A DNA stretch of 39,257 nt from a virus (IMGVR_UViG_3300027653_000031:1-39257), one strand, 5' to 3'. Numbered from the stretch's first letter, positions 14,351 to 24,032 are shown. A program made the numbers and translations. The notes: a model not told the origin generated them from the sequence alone.

Positions 14351-16029
14351 TACGCCTCGCACATGATACAGATTTTATCCTTACTAAACTGTTGAGCCGC
14401 GTTAGTGCCATGTTGATAGTAAAGCGTCTTAACGCCATTACGCCACGCAAACAAGTGTAAATCGTTAATCTCTTTCGCAGGCATATTAGGATTTACCATA
14501 ATATTTAATGATTGCGATTGGTCGATAAACTGCTGGCGGATTGCGGCTTGGTCGATGACTACGTATTGGTCTATCTCGCTGAACGTTTTAAATACCGCCT
14601 TTTCCTCGTCTGATAAAAAGTCGAGATGCTGGACCGAGCCGTCATGATTGCGAATGTCATTCCACGTCTCTCTGTCGTCTTTACCGTATTTAACAAGCGT
14701 CTTTTTAAGGTATGGATTGCGAATAGTTACCTTAGCTTTAGCGACATCTTTAACGTAAATATTGCTCCAAATCGGCTCGATTGATTGCGATACTTGTCCG
14801 AGGATAAATGCGCTTGAGGTTGTCGGGGCTACCGCTGTTAATGTCGTATTCCTACGCCCATAGCCTTTTAAGATTTCCGGCTCTCCGTATAGCTCGGCAA
14901 GCTCTTGCGACGCTTTTAGCGCCTTTTCCTGTATATCACGGAATATCCATGCGTTTAACTTACTTGCGTCTAGCGACTCAAACGGAATCATTTTCGATTG
15001 CAAATACGAATGCCAGCCTAAAGCGCCTAAGCCAAGCGCTCGATTAGCTTTAGCAAAGTTATAAGCTCGCTCCATCATCGCAAAAGCATCGCGCTCTTCT
15101 TTTTCGTTGGAATCCCGCATATCCTCGAGTTTTTCAATAAACTCCGTCATGACGGCATCTAGGAAGTACACCATCGTTTCGACTGCGTCCGTATTCTTCC
15201 ACTCGTCGTAATGTAATAGATTCATAGACGATAAATTGCAGACAAACGACCAGTCGGCGTTATTCGGTAAGGTAATTTCGGAGCATAAATTACTATGATT
15301 AATACGCAATTCTTTATCCTTGTAGACGTCCACAGCCTCATTATTTACCGTATCCTCAAAAAAGATATACGGATAACCGATCTCGACGCGCCTTTGTAAC
15401 ACCTTTGCCCATATGGCGCGCTTGTCCGCGTCGCCGTCAATCATCGACTGCATCCATTCGTCCGATACCGTTACCCCGTGCGTTAGCTTTTGAATCGGAT
15501 CACCCTCTGTGCCGATGTCGAGAAACTCGTCAATGTCCGAATGATCGATAGGCAGGTACGGGGAGAAAGCGCCGCGCCTCGTGTTGCCTTGCGATACTAC
15601 GTCGATAATACCCTCGAATAGCTTCATAAAATGTACGGCGCCGGACGATTTGCCGTTATTCGTGATTGGAGCGCCTCGCCCTCGTAGTTTGCCGAAGTAA
15701 CCGCTAGTGCCTCCGCCTAGCTTACTCATCATGCCGACCTCTGCTTGTGCGTTTAAAATGCTTGCCATATTATCGTCAATATGCGAGCCAAAGCACGAGA
15801 TGGGCAAGCCTTTGTCCGTGCCAAAGTTAGCCCATACCGGCGATGATAGCGAGTAGTAGCCACGCCCCATGTAGTCGTAAAACTTATCGGCAAAGCCTTT
15901 TACGCCGAGGATCTCCTCCGCCTTGTCGGCGATTTGTCTAATACGTTGCTCTGGCGTAATGCCTTCGATTAAATAGCCGTTTTGTAGAAAGTCCCTGCTG
16001 TGTTTGTTTAACCATTCGAATTTACTCAT
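14350..16029 (-). CDS. nrdA: ribonucleotide reductase alpha subunit without ATP-cone (class Id/NrdAi-like)
   Basis: PISCF, SNLCSEI, FVCNL, APTTSS, KTLYY, terminal CIMCEA. Confidence 0.95.
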   Translation of the reverse strand: MSKFEWLNKHSRDFLQNGYLIEGITPEQRIRQIADKAEEILGVKGFADKFYDYMGRGYYSLSSPVWANFGTDKGLPISCFGSHIDDNMASILNAQAEVGMMSKLGGGTSGYFGKLRGRGAPITNNGKSSGAVHFMKLFEGIIDVVSQGNTRRGAFSPYLPIDHSDIDEFLDIGTEGDPIQKLTHGVTVSDEWMQSMIDGDADKRAIWAKVLQRRVEIGYPYIFFEDTVNNEAVDVYKDKELRINHSNLCSEITLPNNADWSFVCNLSSMNLLHYDEWKNTDAVETMVYFLDAVMTEFIEKLEDMRDSNEKEERDAFAMMERAYNFAKANRALGLGALGWHSYLQSKMIPFESLDASKLNAWIFRDIQEKALKASQELAELYGEPEILKGYGRRNTTLTAVAPTTSSAFILGQVSQSIEPIWSNIYVKDVAKAKVTIRNPYLKKTLVKYGKDDRETWNDIRNHDGSVQHLDFLSDEEKAVFKTFSEIDQYVVIDQAAIRQQFIDQSQSLNIMVNPNMPAKEINDLHLFAWRNGVKTLYYQHGTNAAQQFSKDKICIMCEA

Positions 16030-16041
16030 CTAATTCCTCCT

Positions 16042-17307
16042 CTAAAATAAATCGTCGCCGGTAATAGCCCGCGCCCCTTTTGTATAATTGACACTACGCT
16101 TAACGAAAAAGTCAACGTGCTTTGTCGTCAATAGCTCGTCATCAAACCAATCTGTCTGCTCGACTAGATTTTCGTCAATCTCAAATACAGGATCGTATCC
16201 AATACTTTCTAGCGAGTTATTTAATCGGTTTTTGACGAACTCTTTGACGACGTCCTTCGGCAAGAAATTAAGTTCGCCCGCCTCGTAAATCCAGTCGATA
16301 ACCTCGCATTCCGAACGGTATGCCTCTTTACATGCTAGGATAACGCGTTGCTCCAACTCCTTATCAAACCAATTCAGATTCTCGCGCTTAATAATATTAA
16401 TAATCTCAATACCGAATAAACCGTGAATCTGCTCCTCTTTAGATGTCGCCTCGATCACGTTTGAGATACCTTTAAATAGATTGCGATATTTATTAAACGA
16501 CATGATGATAAGGAATTGAGAGAATAACGATACATGCTCAATAAATAGTGAGAATAACAAGATTGATAAGGCGTAATCTCTGTCGTCATTTGTCCGCGCT
16601 AGTTTGACGCTATCTGTCAGGTAATTAACGCGTTGAGATAGCGCTGGAATCTCGCTTATACGCTCGAACTCGTTATTTAAGCCAAGTATCTCTAGCAAAT
16701 GGCTGTAAGCGTCGTGATGTCGTACCTCCGACTCTGCAAACGTATAGCCGACCGAACCTATTTCCGGCTTAGGCAAGCGATGGTAAATATCACCCCAAAA
16801 GGTTTTGACGGCTACCTCGACTTGAGCAATCGCAAGCATAGCGTTTTTAATAGCGTTGCGCTCCGCCTCGCTTACGTTAACCTTGTAGTCTTGTATGTCG
16901 GATGTATAATTAAATTCCGTATGCACCCAGTAAGAGTGTCGTATAGCGTTGACATACTCATCTAGCTCCGGATACTCGTACGGCTTTAGGTTTACCCGGC
17001 GCTTGAAGATGTTAGGCAATCGTTCACGGTCGCGCATATCGCGATAAAGAATATACGCTTTAGCCGTCGTCTTGTATTCCGAATCTAGTAATACCTCTTC
17101 AACAACGTCTTTTACGACGTCTACCTCGACACTTTTATATTCGCCATACCTCGTCATCAAAGAATCGTCAACGATCGAAGCGAGTTTTTTCGCCTCGTTT
17201 AAATCGTACTCCCCTGTTTGCTTGCCTGCGCGATATACCGCATTAATTATTTTGTCGATATTATAGCGCTCATATATGCCATTGCGTTTTATGACCGTTT
17301 TTATCAC
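16042..17307 (-). CDS. nrdB: ribonucleotide reductase beta subunit with N-terminal ATP-cone
   Basis: VIKRNG..E.YNIDKI..A...TAKAYILYR cone; QVEVAVK, ESEVRHHDAY, IEHVSLFSQF, KEEQIHG, DFF. Confidence 0.95.
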   Translation of the reverse strand: MIKTVIKRNGIYERYNIDKIINAVYRAGKQTGEYDLNEAKKLASIVDDSLMTRYGEYKSVEVDVVKDVVEEVLLDSEYKTTAKAYILYRDMRDRERLPNIFKRRVNLKPYEYPELDEYVNAIRHSYWVHTEFNYTSDIQDYKVNVSEAERNAIKNAMLAIAQVEVAVKTFWGDIYHRLPKPEIGSVGYTFAESEVRHHDAYSHLLEILGLNNEFERISEIPALSQRVNYLTDSVKLARTNDDRDYALSILLFSLFIEHVSLFSQFLIIMSFNKYRNLFKGISNVIEATSKEEQIHGLFGIEIINIIKRENLNWFDKELEQRVILACKEAYRSECEVIDWIYEAGELNFLPKDVVKEFVKNRLNNSLESIGYDPVFEIDENLVEQTDWFDDELLTTKHVDFFVKRSVNYTKGARAITGDDLF

Positions 17308-17588
17308 TGCCGCATCTTCCCCTTTACTTTTTCCATCGCCTTTTCAAACTCCTGCTCTCGTTTAGCTTGCGAGTATGCCTCCGCCCATGTTAGGGCTAAA
17401 ATGATCGTAAATATCAAACTGCCAGCCGCTGCAAAAATATTGGCAATTGTCGTCGGTGCTAAGCTAAACATCCATCCGTTTGTAAGACTGTACACCATTC
17501 CGACAAAATAGCCGAGATAGCCGCCTGTTACGACTCCTACTATTATCGTCGCTACTAAAACTACAATACTCGCGATAAATCTAGTCAA
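17304..17588 (-). CDS. membrane protein
   Basis: two long hydrophobic segments; ATGA coupling. Confidence 0.7.
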   Translation of the reverse strand: MTRFIASIVVLVATIIVGVVTGGYLGYFVGMVYSLTNGWMFSLAPTTIANIFAAAGSLIFTIILALTWAEAYSQAKREQEFEKAMEKVKGKMRQ

Positions 17589-18115
17589 TTACTCATCTCC
17601 TTTAAATAACCGTTATCAATCGCCCATGCCAAGCCAATCGCAATAGCGTCCGCCCTGTCGTCCAGCAAGCGCCCGCGCTCTGTATATAACAACGGCTTAA
17701 CATCGTCGCCCATACGCTTAATTACGCCCGCTGCGACCTCCTCCTTTTTAGCGCCGCCCTTGCCGCCGATATACTTTTTAATGCGACTTGCGACGATTTC
17801 GTCCTTTTCATCGATTTTATAGTCGTAAGTAGCAAGCGCCCGGTCAACGCTCGACCATGCGCCAAAGACAAGCTGCGTGCCTCGTTTGCTACCGCCTTTG
17901 ATAAACTTCTCGCGCACGATAACGTCGATATTATCGTATCCGTGCTTGTAAATAAAATCGGTAACGAACGCCTGTATTAAGTCAAATCGCTGGGCGTCTG
18001 ATAAATCTGCCGATGTTTCGAGGTGGTCGACGGCTAGGAGCTTAGGCGTTCCGTCCTTAATTTCGAGTAAGGCTACGCCCGGCGAGGCGCTTATGTCGAA
18101 GGATAGGATTCGCAA
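17585..18115 (-). CDS. RuvC-like Holliday junction resolvase
   Basis: ILSFDIS, VIVRE, IKKYIGGKGGAKKEEV, DDRADAIAIG. Confidence 0.85.
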   Translation of the reverse strand: MRILSFDISASPGVALLEIKDGTPKLLAVDHLETSADLSDAQRFDLIQAFVTDFIYKHGYDNIDVIVREKFIKGGSKRGTQLVFGAWSSVDRALATYDYKIDEKDEIVASRIKKYIGGKGGAKKEEVAAGVIKRMGDDVKPLLYTERGRLLDDRADAIAIGLAWAIDNGYLKEMSN

Positions 18116-18367
18116 TTAGGCGTCCTCCTTTACTCGTTTTAAAACGTAAATACTATTCTCCGTTTGAATTACTATCGAGCTTTCTGTAAACTTATCCGCA
18201 GGAGAATACGCTTCTACCGGCGTTGTTCTTAGCGTTCCTTCTCGTTCTGTATACCGAAATAACATCGGATTACCTAATTCTAGTAATTCAACAACTCCCT
18301 TACGTCCTTTCCGTTTATCTTTATTCTGTCCGTCCTTACCTCGTACTTTCGCAATCACATATTCCAT
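18116..18367 (-). CDS. hypothetical protein
   Basis: 83-aa ORF; LRTTPV...IQTENSIYVL pattern. Confidence 0.7.
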   Translation of the reverse strand: MEYVIAKVRGKDGQNKDKRKGRKGVVELLELGNPMLFRYTEREGTLRTTPVEAYSPADKFTESSIVIQTENSIYVLKRVKEDA

Positions 18368-19366
18368 TTACTTCACCCCTTTCCGCAATTCCTTAATCTC
18401 CCTAAACGCCTGCGCCAAGCTATTAATGCGCCATTGCGGTAAGCTCGAATGCTTCGCCCGCTCGACCTGTTGTCGCAATTCCTCGACTTCCGCCTCTGAT
18501 AAATCCTTAGCGCAGGCCTCTTTGAACGAGTTAAACGTCCATCCATCCAAATCCAGCTTAGGCGGCTTATTTTCGCGAACCGCGCGGGTAACCTCGACTG
18601 CCTTATTGAATACCTCGCGCTTATGCTCGTCTGTAATACGCGCGCAAAATGCTCTAATGTCGGGCGTCTTTTCGTAGTCCTCGTCCGACATAAACCATCG
18701 CTGTTTGGCGTAGTTTACGTACAAGATGACGTAATAATCTACGTCATACATATGCGCATAAGCTACGACTTGGCGCGCATGTCCGCTGTCCGGCGCCCGC
18801 ATCGTATGCAAGGACGTCTGTGCTGGCGTCGTCTGCTTGGACTTAATCTCAAGCCCTACGCGGACAATCTCACCGTCGTCCGTTACGTATTCCATAATGC
18901 CGTCGGGCGCTCCGTACAAGTAAAATCGCTCCCCGTCTTGCTCGACGAGTTTATTCGTCTTTGCAAACTCCTCGAACATCGGCGTTCCGTCGCTATTTCT
19001 TACGAATTTAAAGCGCGGAACATTGCCCGTCAATCGCTCGTAATTACGCTCAATCGCAAGCAATTCCCGTTGAATCAAGTCGCCGCCGAGCGTACCTAGC
19101 TTTTGCCATCGACCTTGGTGCGGTTGATTACGTCGCTTGTCCTTGACCTTGTTGCCATATTTGGCTTTGATGTAAAGTTCTCGCGGGCAAGCGCCTAATG
19201 CCGACGGGCTAAAATACGGATGATCTCGCTTAGGCCATACTTGCGGCGGATTGGCGTACCATTGCGCTATTTGCGCGTCTAGATCATTGTCGTAAGTTTC
19301 GGGAAGACTAAACCAGTCGTCTAGTAATGCGATTAAGTCGCCTTCGATTTGCGTTGATAAGTCCAT
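18368..19366 (-). CDS. PD-(D/E)XK exonuclease (Cas4/RecB-like)
   Basis: FSPSALGACPRELY, GAPDG, LEIKSK, QVVAY motifs. Confidence 0.8.
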   Translation of the reverse strand: MDLSTQIEGDLIALLDDWFSLPETYDNDLDAQIAQWYANPPQVWPKRDHPYFSPSALGACPRELYIKAKYGNKVKDKRRNQPHQGRWQKLGTLGGDLIQRELLAIERNYERLTGNVPRFKFVRNSDGTPMFEEFAKTNKLVEQDGERFYLYGAPDGIMEYVTDDGEIVRVGLEIKSKQTTPAQTSLHTMRAPDSGHARQVVAYAHMYDVDYYVILYVNYAKQRWFMSDEDYEKTPDIRAFCARITDEHKREVFNKAVEVTRAVRENKPPKLDLDGWTFNSFKEACAKDLSEAEVEELRQQVERAKHSSLPQWRINSLAQAFREIKELRKGVK

Positions 19367-19381
19367 ATATTATCGTCTCCT

Positions 19382-20002
19382 TTAATTAGTAGTACGTACC
19401 GGCAACACTATCGCCGTAAAGTTGCCCGCCCTTATTTGTAGCGGCCTTGTCGCGCCAAAATACTCAATCGTTACTTCTTCAACTTTAGCGTCTTTAAGCA
19501 CGTGTACCGCCTCTTTTAAGTATTTAATGCTTAGCGTCATTGTAAATAAATCACGGTCGGTAGCGTTATTGCCTACGCTATACTCCACGTCAAATGCCGT
19601 CTTGCCGTCCGTCTTAAATCGTATGAAATCGTCGATGACCTGTATCTGCATAAAGTCGGTAGCTTTATTTAATCGACTGGCAATCTCGATCGCCCTTAAA
19701 GCGTCGTATAGATCGTTTACCGGCACATTAAACGTATATTCGGCGTTAGCACTATCAGCAATTAATCGTTCCACGTCCGGATATTTGCCGTTATCGACCT
19801 CCTGCCCCGTCTGCGCGTCTAACGTCTTTTCCTCGCCATCGTATAAGCCGGTAGCGACATATAGGCGGTGACTGTCCGTTACGGCTACGTGCTTATCGCT
19901 GTGATATACGGTCGATAGGATTGGTCGCGTCCTGACTACGCTCCCCTTAGCGACCTTTTTAGCGTGTTTCATGAATGTTACATACGGTACAAATGCCGTC
20001 AT
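19382..20002 (-). CDS. sliding-clamp (DnaN-like) protein, domains II+III only
   Basis: RPIL..V, VTDSHRL, GKYPDVERLI, KYLKEAV, RPLQI, IVLPVR; ATG 20002 coupled to the polymerase stop. Confidence 0.8.
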   Translation of the reverse strand: MTAFVPYVTFMKHAKKVAKGSVVRTRPILSTVYHSDKHVAVTDSHRLYVATGLYDGEEKTLDAQTGQEVDNGKYPDVERLIADSANAEYTFNVPVNDLYDALRAIEIASRLNKATDFMQIQVIDDFIRFKTDGKTAFDVEYSVGNNATDRDLFTMTLSIKYLKEAVHVLKDAKVEEVTIEYFGATRPLQIRAGNFTAIVLPVRTTN

Positions 20003-22194
20003 ATTATCGGTACTTCCCTTCCTTGTAAATATTCTTCGGCGGTAATACTTTCGCCCCATCTTTTTTGTATGGATATGTCGGTAGCATTATCTACACCATC
20101 TAGCAAGTAACTTTGCGTCATAATACGATCAATCTCCGCTATGTCCTCCGCCGACAAGTCGTCCGTCGTATAAAGCACTATCTCGTCGTGGATAGGCGCA
20201 AACCATTGCCAGCCGCGAGCCTTTACGAGTTTATCAAGCTCAATCATCGTTACCTTAGTTTGTATCGCCGCCAATCCTTGTACCATCGCATTAGGCGCCT
20301 GTCTCATCGCTTGATTTATGGCGCTATTGTGCTTGCGGTCGGCCTCGTACTCATCGCTCCAATACTTGCCGTAAGGTATGCGCTTAGGTTGTTTGCGGGC
20401 GTCCGGCAATCGTCTTTTACGCGCCTTATCACCTATCCATACGAAGCCGTTACGTTTAGCAAATGCCTGTGCTTTGTCGATAAATGCGCCGATATTTTTG
20501 TACGTGTCAAAAAACGTCTGCCTAAATTCCTCCGCCTCGTCTACGCTAATACCTAACGTCTTAGATAAGCCGAACTTGGTAGCGCCGTACATGCTCGATA
20601 ATAGTACGACCTTCATTTGCGACCGCTCGGGCGTATCATCGCCGTTAGGAAGCTTATAGCATTCCTCGTATGGCTTATTAAAAAATCGGCTTGCTAGCGT
20701 CGCATAAGCGTCAACCCCCCGTGCAAATGCGTCGAGCAATACTTCTTCTTGAGATAGGCTTGCGATAATACGGACTTCTTGAGCCGCAAAGTCAGCATTA
20801 ACGATATAATGCCCTTCCGGCGCTACGAACATCTTGCGAGCATCGCCCGACTGATTCTGTATGTTAAACGAACCGCCTCCGCCCGAACTAAAACGCCCAG
20901 TCTTTGCTCCGTTTTGATTAAGGCGCGTATGTATGCGCCCTGTTTTCGGATTTATAAGTTGAGGCAAAGCGTCATAGTACGTAGATAACAGCTTGGTAAT
21001 CTCGCGGTACTCTAATAGGTCGGCGATTACCGGAAACTCCTTAGCAAGCGGCTTGAGCGTATTTTTAGCGTTAGTGTCCTTAATAGTGCGCCCAATATGC
21101 GCCTCGATAGCGCCCTTTAATTGCTCCGGACTATTAAGGTTTATATCGCCTAAATGCTTGACGACGTTATCGTGCGCCTTGCTTGCCTGCTTGCGTAGTT
21201 CCTCGGCATATTGCTTGGCATGATCTGTATCTATATCGTAGCCCCTAAGCTCAATATCGCTAACGATCGTCATTAACGGCATTTCTACGTTTAAGAAATA
21301 GTCGAGCATATTGCCGTGCTTGGCGAGGTGGTAGCGTTGGAACTCATAAAGCCTGTACGTCAAATCGCCGTCCTTAGCCGCATATGCTAAAGCTGTTTCG
21401 AGGTCTATCTCGTTAAATCCGACCTGCCCGAATAGCTCGCCGTAGGTATGCGAATTATCTCGCAAATACTTGGTAGCTAACGTCTTTAATGCGTAGCTCG
21501 GCTCGTTTTCGTTAAGCAGGCGCATTGCCTCCATTGTGTCCCAGTAAAGCCCGTCTAGCTCGATGTTTAAGTCGTTTTTAAGCATCTGGACGTCGAATTT
21601 GGCATTGTGCGCAATCTTTTTAATCGTCGCATCCTCGTATAGCTGTCGCAACTCCTTCGCTACAAATACACGGTTTAACTGTGACATACTCGCGTCGTCA
21701 TGGTCGGTAGGCACATAATAATGAGTATCGACGCTAGTAGCCGATAAAACATGTCCGACTATCTTATCGTTGTAAACGTCCGTGCCTGTCGTTTCTACGT
21801 CAAAGACTATTTTGTCCTCTTCCATCAAGTACTCTATAACTACCTCGAGTTCTTTTTTATTCGTAACTAAAACGTAATTATTCGGCATGTTATCGACAAG
21901 ATCGTTTAGCCTATTGCGTCGTTCTAATTCTTCTAATTCCATCCATAGGCGCAAAGCCTCCGCCTTACTAAAGCGCTTGCCAGCGCTTCCCGGCTCGCGT
22001 CCGATAACGCCGTTTTCCATAGCTTGCTTTACGGATTTTAGGCGGGCTTCGTCCGTCGGGCTGTTTTTCATATTAAATATCCGTATCCACGCTTCCTCGA
22101 TCGTTTCCTTGTTTTGTCGGCGCTTGGCGGCCGCTTTGCTTAGGCTCTTATCCTCGTTAGGGCGCGGATTGTTAAGCCTTATGTTTTTGCCCAT
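19999..22194 (-). CDS. family A DNA polymerase with 3'-5' exonuclease
   Basis: FDVETTG, AHNAKFD, YAAKD (Exo I-III); TGRFSS, ADFAAQEVR (A), R..MK....S.MYG (B), IHDEI (C). Confidence 0.96.
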   Translation of the reverse strand: MGKNIRLNNPRPNEDKSLSKAAAKRRQNKETIEEAWIRIFNMKNSPTDEARLKSVKQAMENGVIGREPGSAGKRFSKAEALRLWMELEELERRNRLNDLVDNMPNNYVLVTNKKELEVVIEYLMEEDKIVFDVETTGTDVYNDKIVGHVLSATSVDTHYYVPTDHDDASMSQLNRVFVAKELRQLYEDATIKKIAHNAKFDVQMLKNDLNIELDGLYWDTMEAMRLLNENEPSYALKTLATKYLRDNSHTYGELFGQVGFNEIDLETALAYAAKDGDLTYRLYEFQRYHLAKHGNMLDYFLNVEMPLMTIVSDIELRGYDIDTDHAKQYAEELRKQASKAHDNVVKHLGDINLNSPEQLKGAIEAHIGRTIKDTNAKNTLKPLAKEFPVIADLLEYREITKLLSTYYDALPQLINPKTGRIHTRLNQNGAKTGRFSSGGGGSFNIQNQSGDARKMFVAPEGHYIVNADFAAQEVRIIASLSQEEVLLDAFARGVDAYATLASRFFNKPYEECYKLPNGDDTPERSQMKVVLLSSMYGATKFGLSKTLGISVDEAEEFRQTFFDTYKNIGAFIDKAQAFAKRNGFVWIGDKARKRRLPDARKQPKRIPYGKYWSDEYEADRKHNSAINQAMRQAPNAMVQGLAAIQTKVTMIELDKLVKARGWQWFAPIHDEIVLYTTDDLSAEDIAEIDRIMTQSYLLDGVDNATDISIQKRWGESITAEEYLQGREVPII

Positions 22195-22209
22195 ATTATC
22201 AAACTCCTT

Positions 22210-22413
22210 TTAATAATCGATGTGCATATCCCAATAATAATCGCAAACAATTTCGATGTTAGCGTCTGCCCACTCGTAAAAGCACGTCTTGTCGCAAAAA
22301 TACTTTTCGCTATATTCGTCCCAAAACAGTTTGTCGTAATATTGTTCCGAGCCGCAGTTATCGCAATTTACGAGCGGTTCTTCGTGCAATTCCGGCGGCT
22401 TAAATCGGTCTAT
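22210..22413 (-). CDS. zinc-finger protein not in the ORF track (67 aa), apparent ATA start
   Basis: hand-translated CDNC...YFCDKTC; AAGGAGG 8 nt before ATA; fills the gap before the polymerase. Confidence 0.7.
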   Translation of the reverse strand: MDRFKPPELHEEPLVNCDNCGSEQYYDKLFWDEYSEKYFCDKTCFYEWADANIEIVCDYYWDMHIDY

Positions 22414-22633
22414 CGGAATCGCCTCCTTTTGCTCGATAAATACGTCGTCTGCCTATAATATGGAAACCATCGTCGCCGTCGACATATGCGCATAAATCTC
22501 CGTCAAAGCTCCTCGCGACTTTGTTTATACGTTTTAGCTCGCCGCCAATTTCGATATAGTCGCCTGCCTCCGCGTGTCGAGGCTCGTCAAGTACCGCAAA
22601 GGCTCTTAAATTTCGTAAAATATCTCCGCCCAT
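22400..22633 (-). CDS. hypothetical protein
   Basis: 77-aa ORF with GAGGTG RBS. Confidence 0.65.
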   Translation of the reverse strand: MGGDILRNLRAFAVLDEPRHAEAGDYIEIGGELKRINKVARSFDGDLCAYVDGDDGFHIIGRRRIYRAKGGDSDRPI

Positions 22634-22661
22634 TTATAGCTCACCTCGCCTAACCTTTTAC

Positions 22662-22868
22662 TCAAATTAAGTATGGATCAACGATTTCTAAAATCTTTTC
22701 CATACCTCGTGTAGCCTCTCGGATAGCCTCGTTGAGCTCCTCGTCATCTGTATTCGGACTAATGTATCCGCCTGGATAAATGGCGTATCCTAATCCCTCT
22801 ACCTCAATAGCCTCCGCAATCAATTTATACTGCTCTTCTAAACGCTCCTCTTTCGTCATTTTATCCAC
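22662..22868 (-). CDS. small acidic hypothetical protein
   Basis: ORF with AAGGAG RBS; true start may be the ATG of MTKEE. Confidence 0.65.
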   Translation of the reverse strand: MDKMTKEERLEEQYKLIAEAIEVEGLGYAIYPGGYISPNTDDEELNEAIREATRGMEKILEIVDPYLI

Positions 22869-22871
22869 TCC

Positions 22872-23267
22872 TTAAATTTCATAATAAATCTCTTCCCAAC
22901 GCTCGCCCGCCTCGCTCGCTTTTACCCAATATTCGCGCAATCCCTCGTTAGGAAACATGAATACCCGCCCTTGCCATACGGCTATAAAGCTATCGACATC
23001 TTCGGGAGGATACGGCTTACCACTTGCCGGCGCGCCTCTTACGACTAGATAAGCGTCGCCATACCGCCTTATGTCCTCGTCAGAACCACGTAAATATGCC
23101 GTCTTAACCTGCACATATAACGTTTCTTTTGTCGAGGGATTGCGAACGGCAAGGTCGAAAGACTCGGGCGCTATCGGCTCTAGGACGGTATATCCGTTAG
23201 CTAATAACGCCGTCTGGGCGAGTAGCTCGGCATGTTTGCCTTTTTCCGTCGTTGTTAATGCCGTCAA
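22872..23267 (-). CDS. small PD-(D/E)XK endonuclease (homing-endonuclease/resolvase type)
   Basis: KG..AE....L...GY.V..P....FDL....YVQVKT. Confidence 0.8.
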   Translation of the reverse strand: MTALTTTEKGKHAELLAQTALLANGYTVLEPIAPESFDLAVRNPSTKETLYVQVKTAYLRGSDEDIRRYGDAYLVVRGAPASGKPYPPEDVDSFIAVWQGRVFMFPNEGLREYWVKASEAGERWEEIYYEI

Positions 23268-23285
23268 ATGATCGCCTGCCCTTCG

Positions 23286-24008
23286 TTAAAATTCGTATTC
23301 CTCATCTTCTTCATTGCCATCTTCCTCTGCTTCTTTTGTCGGGGGCTTTAGTCCGATTAAGCTAATGTCAAATCCTGCTTTAATAAGGTTTTCGACTTGT
23401 TCGTCATAACTTGCCTCATAGTTAATGCCCTCAAATTTAGATTGATCGAACTCTTCGGGAGCCTTATCGAGATTAGCGCGCTGCTCGTCCGTCAAATCCT
23501 CTTCCGGGAACATGACTGGCGTTAACGAAACGGTCGTTGACGTGCCTTTGCCCGTCTTAGCAAGCTCAAAAGCCATCTTGTCTAGTCGTCCACTAAATTT
23601 TTTAATTACGCCATGGATCGCCTGCGCTTGATTTTTAGATACGTCAATAACGATCTGCTCGCCGCTTGTTAAGTCGTAAAAGCCCATTGCGAAACGTAGT
23701 CTAGCGCGGTACTTACTCGCTTCCTGCGAATGCTCGTCCGTCCAATCCGTTGACTTGTCCTTGTGATATTTATATGCCATATCCCAAGGCGTCAAGTCGT
23801 CGATAGGGTTGCCGTATTTGTCTCGCTTAGGCTGTTTTTCGGGTACAAAGCTATTGACAACGTTAAAGATGCCGTATGAGTAAAAAGGCTTAATGTCTCG
23901 GTCGCCTAACACCTTTACGTAAAACTTACTACCGCTTTTAAAGGATGTAAACTCGTTGTTTGTAGTGCCGGAATTATCCGTATATAAAAGGTCTAAAACG
24001 TCTGTCAT
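23286..24008 (-). CDS. putative single-stranded DNA-binding protein (gp32-like)
   Basis: position in the replication module; KTGKGTSTTVSLTP; strongly acidic tail ending in an aromatic residue (EEDEEYEF). Confidence 0.65.
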   Translation of the reverse strand: MTDVLDLLYTDNSGTTNNEFTSFKSGSKFYVKVLGDRDIKPFYSYGIFNVVNSFVPEKQPKRDKYGNPIDDLTPWDMAYKYHKDKSTDWTDEHSQEASKYRARLRFAMGFYDLTSGEQIVIDVSKNQAQAIHGVIKKFSGRLDKMAFELAKTGKGTSTTVSLTPVMFPEEDLTDEQRANLDKAPEEFDQSKFEGINYEASYDEQVENLIKAGFDISLIGLKPPTKEAEEDGNEEDEEYEF

Positions 24009-24032
24009 CTTATCATTCTCCTTTTATTAATC

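Noticed and set aside
18368-19366. CRISPR-associated Cas4
   Set aside because: No repeat-spacer array or other cas gene was seen; context is phage recombination/replication
14350-22194. Introns or inteins in nrdA, nrdB or the polymerase
   Set aside because: All three ORFs are continuous, of compact length and have contiguous motifs
22872-23267. Restriction endonuclease partnering the MTases
   Set aside because: It lies 14 kb from the MTase cluster, and its size and motifs fit small homing/resolvase-type PD-(D/E)XK nucleases
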